Shown here: in pieces, positions 52,653-64,000 of the stretch
How positions within the stretch are numbered: the stretch's first letter is position 1
Layout: each line of letters begins with the position of its first letter
Source of the DNA: Dimorphilus gyrociliatus
Taxonomy: Eukaryota; Animalia; Annelida
Direction of reading: 5' to 3'
Length of the DNA stretch: 64,000 nt
Assembly (NCBI GenBank): GCA_904063045.1
Contig: CAJFCJ010000002.1
Span: forward strand, 4,435,645-4,499,644
The notes under the pieces: model-generated
Seen by the model: the letters and a program-made list of their open reading frames with translations, nothing else
What the model was told of the DNA's origin: nothing
The model's database searches: none
Position numbers and translations under genes: made by a program

Positions 52653-53062
52653 TTTCTTGTTAATTTGACATTTTATTCAAAATTTTAGCTTTCAGAAATA
52701 AAATTTATCATATTTCGAAAATATGTACACAAAACAAACCAAATTATATACCAGTTTTCATATAAAAAAATATAAACTGGTAAATTTCAAATGTTTTCTC
52801 TGTAGAAAAAATAGAAAACATCACATATTTATGAATTTAAACGACAATAATGAAATCGTTTATTTTAATAAATATACTCTATAAAGTACTAATAAAATAT
52901 TTATTAAAGTAATAAGCTAATATATTTTGTAATCAAGAGTGTTATTTCTATAGATAAGTTTATTGGACATGAAAAGAGTATTTCTAAAGAGAAAAAGAGA
53001 AAATAAGTTAGAAATGTTTATTTTAGAAGAACAACAGAGTTTTTTTTCTTAATTTCTAAAGT

Positions 53063-56000
53063 TTAATATATACTTTTCGGCTTCTTACTCTTTTTACTCT
53101 GAGTGTGTATTTGTTGATAGGGATCCAATAATTTTTGAGTATAAGGACTCTGAGCTGAGAATGGTCGATTTTCTACACTTATTTTCTGCGATGACCTTTT
53201 TTTGTTGTAAGACTTCTGGAATAAACGCTTTGGGGATCTTGGACGGGATTTTTTATTATTAATTGATGGGGCATGGATAATAGTTGCAGTATTCCCACGA
53301 GTTTGGAAAGTTCCTGTTGGAGAATGGGATCTATCTTTACGATGAACAAGCACATGTGTAGTGTCGTTATTCAGATCGGAGCCTATTTATGAAAAAAAGG
53401 ATTTTATAATGGAAATTTATTGTGTTAAATATAATTACTAAAGAGCTCAGGCTCTATTTTCTTATCCCATGGATCTTCCGCAGTCGATTCGTTGATACTT
53501 TGCCTTAATATAAATGTTATAAAAGCATCGAATGAATGGTAATCAAATGCGCAATATCTGCCTTTCCATGAAATATAATCTAGAAAATGCAATTAATTAG
53601 AATGAATGATAAAATTTTTTGAGATTTTACCATCTGGATGGATAATAACAATACTAGGCACTCCCTGGACTCCATAGTAAGAAGTGACGTCACCAGATTC
53701 ATGCTTTTCATCTATGTGATTGATTAAAGGCGTTATTATTATTGTTAAATATGACAGGCTAAGATACTAAATTGAACTAAAGTTGAGTTAATTGTAATAT
53801 CATGCTTACTGTGAGGAAATTTACAATTAGGATCGTGGTGATCAATATGATGGCTTATTGTTCCTCCTGGTAATTTAATTGATAATATATAGGCATTCTT
53901 TTAAAATCATTCCTTAATTTTTCAGTTAAGGTGATCATTTCATTTATACGTAAATGTGATATATACCTTTTTGGACAATTGTTGTTGATAGGGAAGGAGA
54001 ATTCGACGTTACAGAGGTCACATGACGCACACATTGTTCATCTCTCCAACCGTTATCAGATATCGTTTGAACCAAATTTTGGCGAGTTTCATCAGTTAAA
54101 TCATCCGTGATACACGAAACGGCAATAAATTCGTACTACGTTGAAAGTAATAATTAGACAAAAGTTTACCTTTAAGTAAAATTTGAACTTACTCTGGATG
54201 AATTCTTTCTTGCGTATTTTACAAACCAGCTAAGTTGTTTGGTTGAATATCGATTTGATGTAGACCAGAATAATAGGGCAGTTGGTAATCTAGGCCCACT
54301 TGGAGGAATAAGGGTTCTAAATTCGCATTCAAATATATCTAAAACAGCACAGGATGGAGGTTGAACTTGTCTTCTTAGTAAACCGACATTTATGGCTTTT
54401 GTAATAGGTAAGCGCTTTTCTACTGCCAAAGTTTCTTGGTATGGGCTGTTTATTGTTTCTAGGAACGAGAAGAAAGAAAAAGGTAGAAACGGTTCAGTTA
54501 AGAGTTCTATGATGTTTGATTGAGCGCTCAAGGATTTCGGTCTGTCACAGACGGCAACCATAGATAATTTGTGTTTTTCTTTCTCGACTCCAAGCTTTAC
54601 TCGAACATTATTGGCTCCTGCTGACAATGTGTTGCCATATTTTTTACCATCAACAAGAACTTTAAAGCCAGAGACTATAGCGTCTGGGTTACTTTGAGGA
54701 GTTGTCCAGGACATGTGAGCAATTACATGTCCAGTGTTATGTTTCAAAGAATTAAGACAATCCGATAACATATGCTCAATTTGACCCAATTCTTCGCTTG
54801 CTCTTTTAACAGCCTAGAGTGATTAAATAAATATGTAATGAATTATCTTAATCTAGTTGATAAAACTCACAAAATCCTCAATACTTGCACCACTAGCAAG
54901 AATATTCAATAACCTGTCTCTCTTATTGATCAAATCACATGTGACTTTTTCGACTTGTCTTCTTTCCTCAAGACCGACTACATTAACTGATACATTAGGT
55001 GGATCAGGGGATATAGTTGGAACTATTCTCAGGGTGTCAGATCTTACAACTTCCTGAGTACCATGAACGTGAACTTCTAAGAAAACTTGATACACTCCAG
55101 ATTTAAGATTATGTATTTCTGCTTCGGTAGTTGATGGGTGAATTGGCGCAACAATTTGGGCAATGTTTCCAGTTTCCTCATCCTTACATACTAGCTTGTA
55201 CTGCTTGATGTCTATAAAAATTGAAATTGTTAGAGATCAGCTACTAAAAATTTTAAATATTTTACCTATTCCATCAGTTGTAATAGGAACGTTCCAAACA
55301 ATTCTTACTGAGCTTTTTCCAACTGCTGGAACTCTCTGTAGAACTGGAGGTTGAACACCGGGCCAAATAACGACTAAAGGATCGGATGGCCGACTATCAA
55401 GACGATCAATTCCAGTTACAGCTTGAACCTGGAAGGCATATTCACTACACCAATATCCCCTGGTGAATGAGTAATGAAACTGATCTGGTCCAACTTTCTC
55501 TTCAACGATGCCATTTATAAAGATTTTGTACTCAATAATTTTTCCTTCACCGTAGCATCTCGGTCTATTCCATTCAATAGTTATATACTTAAAATTTTTC
55601 GCCCTAAGACTTAAATTCGGTGCATCTGGAGGAGCGGAAGTTTGAACAGTAAGCTGTTTAGATTGGTCAACTATTTGGCCCAATTCATCCACAGCAGTTA
55701 ATTTGACGAAATGATTTGTTCCTTGATAACATTTGTGGATTGTACAACTTTTTTCACCTGGTCTGAGTTCTACATCTTTATCGCCAGGATTAGCAACGCT
55801 GCTCCAAGTAAGTTTATAATGAGAAAAGGATGGTTCTAAATAGCGACTCCAATCAAGGTGAATAGTTGAGTCTGTAACTTTTACGACTATAAGCGGAATG
55901 TAATCTTCATTAACTTCGTCTTCGTCCTCTGCGACAACTGGAGCATGTCCCGGAATGACTTTGCCATGACTTGGAATTATTTCCAAAACATTTGATAAAT

Positions 56001-59000
56001 CTGAGGCTCCAATATCGGGATTGGCTGTGACGGCCTGAAGCTGAACTTTGTAAGATTTACTGATAGAGCAAGGGATAGTTGCTTTCCTATGTCTTGCTTC
56101 CAGTTCACGGCCCACTTTTTTACCATTTAGATACAACAGATAGTTTACAATATTATGACCCCATAATTTTGGCTCACCCCATTCAATTGTGAATTGATCA
56201 GAGCGAACATCACCCTTGGAGTATATTACAGGAGGATCAGGTTTTCCAGGAAGGAGGCACTGGACAACCTGAGCAGTATTCTCAGAAGAGCCTCTATTCA
56301 GAATTGGCATTATCTTGACATCTTGAATGATACTTTGTCCTGTTACAGGTAGTAGAACCTCTCTACATGATGCTGGAACAGTCTTTTTGTTTCCTTGCCC
56401 TTTGCCGTCAATCCAAGTAATTTCAAATTGCTCTAAATGATTGGTGCTACCTTGAACTGTCCAATTAAGTTTCATCTCTCCCTGATCTCCTGATAGGACA
56501 GGCGGTACGAATTCAATGTTACATGTTTGCAAGAGACCTGACTGTTCAACAGGTAGTGTTTCAATGATTTGATTTGAGAAAGATTCATCATTTTCAGCAT
56601 CAATAGGTAAGGTAGTCCATTTCCTATTCATTGAATCCTCTTTTACCGAAACATTCTCTAATTTTTTTTGATCTTTCTTTCTCATCTTCTTAACGTCCTC
56701 TGGACAAGTTATAGCCACTAGAACAATTTTATACCTTTTACCAGGTTTACAGCAAGTAAGAGTACAGGCCTGAGCATTAGGCGATAATCTCATATGTGGT
56801 TTATCGTTAATCTCTAATCGATAGCATTCTAAATTAAGTTTAATAAAGTCTGGTACTCCATACGGATTTTTTCCAACCTCCCTTGTTAGAACGGGCTTTT
56901 GCCACTTAATATCAATAGTACTTGGTGTGAATCCTGTCATTCTTATTCTTGGCGGTTCACATGGCGCTTTAGTTCTAATTACAACTGGTTTTGAGGTTAC
57001 ATGAAGAGTTCTTCTGTCCATCTTCTCAGCCTCAGGGTGATCAGAGGAAGTGCTGGAAACTGCATTCTTAGCGCTTACTATTGCTTCTACTACAATTTTG
57101 TACTGAACGCCTGGTAAGAGATTTTCTATTGTAGCTCTTTCAGAATCAACGCTCATATTCGAATAGTTTGCCATCTCTCCTTCCTCTGAATCTCCAGAAA
57201 CGTTTTTGGCTATTGCCCATCTGAGCAGCGTCCCTTGTAGTCGACAAGAACCGTACACTGTTGCCGGCTTCCAAGAAACAGCAATAGAAGTCGGTGTAAT
57301 GTTTACAGCATGGACATCGAAAGGAGGTTCAGTACCAGAAGTTGTACCGGTCATGGATGTTTTGGGTAGCCAATTATCTTCTGGTGGTGGTCTATCTTTA
57401 GGAAAAGCATGGTGAACTCTCAAAGGATCACCACTGGGAAGGTTTGAAAAGTACTCTTCTGTAACTGCTGTTACAGAAATAAGATATTCAGTCTTTTCAG
57501 CTAAATTTTCCACAATGGCTTCTACTGAATCAGGCGTAACTTCCGTGCAAGAGTGCTTATGATCAGGTATAGGTCTCAAAGCGACGGCATCAACTCTCAA
57601 ACAAATAATATCTACTCCAGTCGCTTGCAAACTATCCCATTTTACTTTTATAGCAGAGTTAGTAGTTGCGACAATTCCCATATTATTGATTGGAGCTGGA
57701 GGTTTGGCAGTAATCACAGATAATGGTTCAGATTTTCCAGATAGTATGAAAGTTTTATCAGTATCTGCATAATTTGCTATTCTTCTTGCTTCAACAATTA
57801 CCGTATACTTAACGTTTTGCTTTAAGTCCTCAAGCAATAAATGATCATTGGTCGTCGTTGCGCTGCGCACGTGTTCTTTGGCATCATTTCCAGGCCACCA
57901 GGTTACTATATAATTTTCGGCGGCAACAAAATGTTTCTTTTCTTTAGTTGAAATTTTCCAAGCTATTACAGCAGAATGTCCAGTTACATTCTCAGCATGA
58001 ACTTTGATAGGAGGTGACACCAAACCAGTATACCAGATAGTTAATTTTGGTCCCAACTTACAAGCTTTGTATCTACCGCCTATGTATAATTCCAGTAGGC
58101 CAATATCATTTTCCGGGATAGAAGAGATTGCATCTTGAGAAGATGGTGCGGCATCAGTCTCACGACCAACTGGATGATCGGTTAAAGCCAAAATTTGTAG
58201 AGTTATTCTATCGCCCAAGTGTATTCCCTCCTGGATTCTCATACTATATACATCACTAGGCATAATTTCTCCGTAAAAACGGTCATCCTTAATCATTTGG
58301 AAACCTGAAACGGCAGCGTCTCCGTACTGTTGTGGCATCTCCCAACCAACGTCAATTCCATCTACATCCATAGACATAATATGAAGAGTAGGTGATTCTG
58401 GTGGAGCAGAGCAAGTCACTTGTATCATATTCGTATCATCACTCTCCGCTAAACAATAAACAGAGTTAACCTGTTGGCCACTGTTAATCTTTTCTCCAGC
58501 ATATGCTCTAACCACTAAGTCATATGCCTTACCAGGTGCTAATTTACTGCAAGAAAACTGATACCCAGCTTTATTGCTGGTGGAACTACTACGAACTTCA
58601 CCAATCATATCGTTGTCTACAAAGACTCTATAGAATAAAATATCCTCCCCTCTTTCTGAGATTCTTATATTTTGTGGTCTGGTCCAACTAACTATAGCCT
58701 TACCAACACTGAAGGCCGGCTCCTGAACAACTTCAGGTGCTGGAGGTTTCTGTGGACACTTAATTACAACTGTGTTGGAATTTGCACTCTCTCCAAATTT
58801 TTCACTGTATGATCGAATATTGACTCGAACGGCTTTTCCGGGTTTAAGATTATCAATCAAGGATTGACGAATGCTACTTTTAAGCTGCTCTCCTACCCGC
58901 TTTTCATCTATAAAAATATGGTATCCAACAATATTCGCATCCTGACGCTGGTTTATATCTTCTGCCCATTCAATGCAAGCCTGATAAACGTCCGTACTAA

Positions 59001-62000
59001 CAATATTTAGAGTAGGTGCTGTTAACTGTCCAATTGCGGTGTACCTGTTGAATTTAAAATTTTGATGTTTGTGTTTGGGGAAATATGTGTTATCTTTACC
59101 TCAAAATTTCAGATTGAACTTGAGCTTCGGCTGAGTGGCTAGAATCTAATCTTGTATAATGGGCTGTAACAAACAATCGATATTCTTCAGCGGGGAAAAG
59201 CCCCGAAACTTCGCACTCTAAATCTCCAGAAGTAATATTCCAAATGTGGTGTACACCGACGAAAGATTCTTTTTTATCTTCAATCATACATTCATAGCTC
59301 ATACTGCTGTTGACCTTTTTCAAAAATCGACGACCCAGGACGTGAACAACATATACGAGAAGACGCATTTTTGGATCAGATGACTCGTCTACTTCCCATG
59401 ATATCAGAACGCGGTTTTCTCCCTTGTTCGCCGCTCTAATCCTTGGTTTTGGCAGCAACTCCGAACTAACAGATGCCTGTGAAGTCTTATTAGAACTTTG
59501 CAGAGGTAAGCCTTGTGACGTCACTTTATTTACTCGCGGAGTATCATTTGGTTTATTGATAGAGACATTATCAGCCTTGACAACTACTTTGGTATCCTTT
59601 GCCATTTTCATCTTTTTCTTCGGTTTCTTCGATCGATCTGCACAAATTAGAAAGTTATTTCAAATCAGAAAATCTCAGAAAATAATAAAAGCTAATTCTA
59701 ACTAAATTTTTTCATAACAAAAACAGAGCGTTCAAAAATATTGAAAAAGCTTTAAAGAAAGGCCAAAAAGCCTAATTCTAAGCTTGATTTTCCTTGAATA
59801 AATAAAGCAAATCTGCAATAAAAATATTAATTAGTGATAGTGCTTCTCTCTTAACTAAGTTAAGAGAATATTGATCTTCATTAATTATGGAGAACACTGT
59901 GATATCGTTACTTAATATAAAAAATTACATTTTAGTGATTTTTTTTGCAAAAATGTTTTGATTCATTCCTGTCATTTTTTTATTATGACATTTTGTGATT
60001 CTTCCAATAGTCATTCCAAACAGTTTTTTTTTAATAATCATGCACGTCTACCGTCTCTCTGTTTGACTGAATCATCACTACTTTCGGCATCCGACATTAC
60101 TTCTACTAGAAATTGCTCGCTTGTGTCACTTTTATCTTCTTGAACAACAACTTCGTTTTTGTGAGGTATTAATTTATTTAATCTAGTTATGAGAGTTGAT
60201 ACTTTTGCTGCGGGTCTCATTTTATTTTTCCATGGTCCTATAGTGTTATTTATTGATTAAGTAATCGATAGGAAGTTAGCTAGAATAAGGAATTCATCTA
60301 AAAATTTACCCATTGTTGCATCAATAATTTGATAATCATTTTCCTGCTTCCTAAAGCTTACAGCCTTATCAAATAAACATGTTGATATCCTTTCACTATA
60401 ATTATCATTCGGAGGATTTGCTAGATCATTTGATTTCCTAACATTCTTGCTTAAAATATTTTGTTCTCGGGATTTTTTTAAAGTGTTAAATAATGAAACG
60501 GTTTTTATTTTTTCTGTTATGCTCTTCCAATTAGGTGGTCTTCCGAGAGACACCGGCCTTTGATATACAGTCTTATTATTGTCTACCGGATTTGCTATTT
60601 GAAAATTTCTAACATCATTCGCTTTTAACTTAAACACCTTATCGGTATGGGACGATGATCGTAGGACTTCAGACATAATACCATAATCAGAATAAATTTT
60701 AGTTTCATCTTCAACGGATCGAATTTCGGATTCTGATTCAGTTTCCTCTCCGTCCTCTTGCCAAACCCTCCCTCCTTCCCTTTCTTCGGTTGCCTCATCG
60801 TCATCATCCTCCTCCTCCTCCTCATCATCATCATCATCATCATTATCTTCGTCCTCTTCCTCATTCATTTTAGGTGAATAAGGTCTAGTCTTAAAAGGTA
60901 GTGGAGGCTTTTTAAAGTTTCTCTCTTTCTGCTTCTCTATTGATTTTGATGGAACCGAGAATTCTGTATCATCATCGCTCTTTTCAATCAAACTCTGCCT
61001 TCTTGTTTCTACTTTAAGACCTCTTATTGATTTCTGCTGAACAGAATACTCTGCATCATCTTCACTCTTTTCAACCAAACTCTGTCGCCTAATTTCAGCT
61101 TTAAGGCCTCTTAACTGTTCTTCAATCTGTTCGACAAGTTCTTCTGCTAATTCCGGTTCTTGAAAACCCCTTGTATCTGATAATGAGATATCTTATATAA
61201 TTGAAAGCGTTCTTTCAGCAAAGATAGTGATCATTTTGAAATATTAAAAATCTTGTCCGGCTCTTATTAATCAAATTGGTAAATGTGAAAGATAAAAATC
61301 AAATATTTTCTTTTTTCATCTTTTTCACTCAAAATTTTATAACTTTAGAAATAGCTAGCATAGAATATTATCTAATATATTTACGATATTTTATCAAAGC
61401 ACGCTATAAAGCCTAAAAGTTGATAAAAAAAGAACTGTAAAAGGTAAAGCATTTCATAAGCTCATAAGATATGCATTTTCATACCAGTTTTACATAGTTC
61501 TCTTAAATTATTATCATCGTCGAATGTATATACTTTAGCTATGGGTTTTTGTTGATGGAATATGTTAGTAAAAAGCTTATTCTGTGAACTGTTCTTATTT
61601 TGAGTATAAACCTGGTTTCATGCTCTTTTTATTCGGACAAGTCTTTCCAAGGTGAAATTTAAGTAACTTATTAGTTGATGGTGATTTAAACACACCTTCC
61701 ATTGTTGATGAACCGGAATTTTTTCCTTTTTTATTTTTGCTTCTAGCATCGCTTGGATAATGATTGTAATTGTCTTCTTCATCATTTTCCGTATCGTTAC
61801 TACGATTATTTTGACTATCATTTTTATTCTCCAAATTGGTATCATCTTCTTCATCATTTGATTCATTTTCTTAATGAATATATTATATACTTATTTGTTA
61901 AATTTATGAAAGATAATCAAACGTAAAAGAGGCGACATTATAAAAATAAATAGTTTAATTCCTTGTATAGAGTATATTAAATATTAATCTTACCTGATGT

Positions 62001-64000
62001 ATAACGTATTTCCCGTTTAGTAATTGTTGCTTTTCCCTCTTGAACTTCTACATATTCCTTATACAAATCATCATCGTAGTTTCTGGCATCATGAGGAGGA
62101 AGTTTTATGTCATTAATGACCAGAGGTAAGGTGACATCTAATTCATTCGAATGATGTTGTCTTCCATCTTTACCAACGGCAACTAATATTACTCTGTACA
62201 TGTTATTTTCTTGACATCCATCAATAACTATTCGACATCGATCCATTTGATCACCAGGACGAATATCGTCTCCGCATTTTTGCCCATTCAAATATAGCGA
62301 ATAATATTCAATTGGACTGTCCTCCGTGGATATTGACTTCCACACAACTGCTATAGAATCTTTCTTTTCAGCCACTTCAAGAGAGATCAATGGTCCGCCA
62401 GTTTCCACAACTTTTGGACATTTAAGAATCAACTTGTTTGATTTATGAGATAAAAAATGACGAGATTTAGGTATGGCTTCCAGAACAACTTCATAACTTC
62501 TGTCAGCAGCAAGATCAGCAGCCACTGCACTACAACAATTTGGAGCAATCTCCTTTCCATATGAGATGTCGTTCAAAAGAACTTTATAACCTTTCAATTC
62601 TGCTAAAGCTTCCAAAGGTGGATTTTCCCAGAAAATTTCAATAACACCAGGCCCAACAAAATGACTCTTAATATTAGGCACACAATTTTTCCAATTTTCT
62701 GTATTCTTTTGTAAAGCATCCATATCTTCCTCAACTTCAGAATTCGATTCAGAGCGATCTTCACCATCAGATGTTACCCAAAAACGTCTAAAAAACAGGA
62801 AAAAAATGAAAATTTTTCATTTGATAGCATTAGATGGAATAACTTACTTAGATGTTAGGATAGTACTGTTTATTCTGTTGTCAGATACAGCCAAAGCCCT
62901 GATATAATGTAATCCAGAGTTCTTCAATGTAATACCCTTTTTGGCATCATACTTCTATAAAAAAGTAAAACATTTTGATTAACTAAGGAAAGATAAACGC
63001 TAAAGAAGGGTAAATTTGGAAAACATTATTTTTTAGTAACAACATAGTAGTATTTAAGAAAATAGTATTTGGGTTTTGGTTAGAATGGTAGAATACGAAA
63101 GTTGTTATCCTGTGCAATTTAGATATCACTAAACGAAAAGAGTGTTGTTAAAAAACAATTATTGTAACCTCTGGTCGAGCTCGATAACCTCTCTTTCTGC
63201 CTTGCTAAATATGTTGATAAAATATGATGATATATTTATCTTAATCTAAGTTTAAGTGATGGATAATCAAGTTAAATTAGTTTAGAAGACGATCTGTACC
63301 TTGACGTTTAATTTATGGAGTTCTGGAGCAGTTCCATCTACAGTATAGTAAATTTTAGCACCTGCTGTGTCACATTTCAACCACACAACATGATTCTTTT
63401 CTACTGTTCCACCGTTCATTTCTCCACCTTGAATGTATGGTTTACTCGTCTTCGATGCTGGTGCTTCCAAAACATGGACTTCACATGGAAAGCCAGGAGC
63501 TCCCTGCGATATCACACTGAAAACTCCGCATTCATCAAAAGTATGAAGGAAAGAACTATTAGGCGTTTGTTTTCCGGAATTAAAAGCCTTTGAACCTTGT
63601 ACACGACTTAGAGGGTTGGAGTTATCGCTGTTGTTTACATGAATAATGTTATGAGCTTCTTCTGATCCAACCCAACTCCATAGTATGGATTGTCCCTTCT
63701 GAATGCAAATTTTTGGTGGCCAAAATCCTTTACTATTCACACGAATTTGTGCATGTTCATTAATATGGTCGACGAGAACAGTGCTCACTCTTTGGTCTTC
63801 CAAACTATTACGAGCGCCGCGATTATAATTGTAAAATCCTCTACTAGTAAAGTGATACATTCCTTTTTTTGAGAACATTCTGTTCATACAATAACGGGGA
63901 CCTTGTTCCGTATTTTCTATCTGTGGATCAAGGAGATGTTCAATTGATGTAATTTGACTAACATCGTAATGTTGAAGTCCTCGATAAGTCCATGCAACAA
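53063..64000 (-). CDS. Very large multidomain protein (5' end outside window): cupredoxin-like, Fn3-associated/CHB_HEX_C-like, FN3, acidic linker, multiple FN3 and thioredoxin-like fold
   Basis: Exons chain with consistent phases from 64000 to 53063. Motifs are WPPKICIQKGQSILWSW...HNII (cupredoxin-like), VWLKCDTAGAKIYYTVDGTAP (CHB/Fn3-assoc), FN3 ORFs 61977-62723, 59096-59611 and 55237-58860, and TALLFWST...GVQGVPSIVIIHPDDYISWKGRYC. The last exon is basic and low-complexity. Confidence 0.82.
60795..60863. repeat. Coding trinucleotide repeat (TCA/TCC)n encoding a poly-Asp/Glu tract on the minus strand
   Basis: Translates as EEEDEDNDDDDDDEEEEEDDDDE in the minus-strand ORF 60257-61078. Confidence 0.9.

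Noticed and set aside
53425-53440. Stop at 53425 as the end of the large FN3 gene
   Set aside because: A phase-1 donor (TTTA|gtaatt) and an acceptor ~56 nt downstream continue the frame into the 53063-53353 ORF, so that ORF is treated as the last exon. Intron retention cannot be excluded.
60625-60864. Poly-Met/Arg ORF
   Set aside because: It is an alternative-frame reading of the poly-Asp/Glu trinucleotide repeat.
14501-63872. Antisense or off-frame ORFs overlapping real exons (e.g. 14501, 22591, 23385, 24073, 37941, 44124, 45300, 50662, 57206, 59424, 63315)
   Set aside because: They are shadows of well-supported coding sequence on the other strand or frame.

Overview
This is AT-rich, gene-dense eukaryotic (metazoan invertebrate) DNA with very short GT-AG introns, mostly about 50-80 nt. 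A compact-genome lophotrochozoan such as a miniature annelid is an unverified guess. There is no CRISPR array, prophage, recognisable rRNA/tRNA or transposase. Genes were assembled by hand across introns, so exon edges are best estimates. Left to right: Hmx/NK5 homeobox gene (two exons seen) in an ~8 kb gene-free regulatory block; CFAP97-domain gene; HSD17B12-type ketoacyl reductase; C-type-lectin-like + PAN-like gene; small hidden 4-exon gene; PNPO; membrane-anchored neuroligin-like carboxylesterase; FARSA; synaptophysin-like; EEA1; kinesin-14 with an unusual N-terminus; secreted matrix metalloproteinase fused to a Hedgehog-type Hint/Hog autoprocessing domain; FN3-repeat + thioredoxin-fold gene; IolG-like inositol dehydrogenase; coiled-coil gene with a perfect p53-type element in intron 1; and a much larger inverted paralogue of the FN3 gene that runs off the right edge. 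The best candidate for an undescribed system is the MMP-Hog fusion (40501-42192). It is predicted to self-cleave at Ser|Cys and may lipidate its own protease domain, as Hedgehog does.
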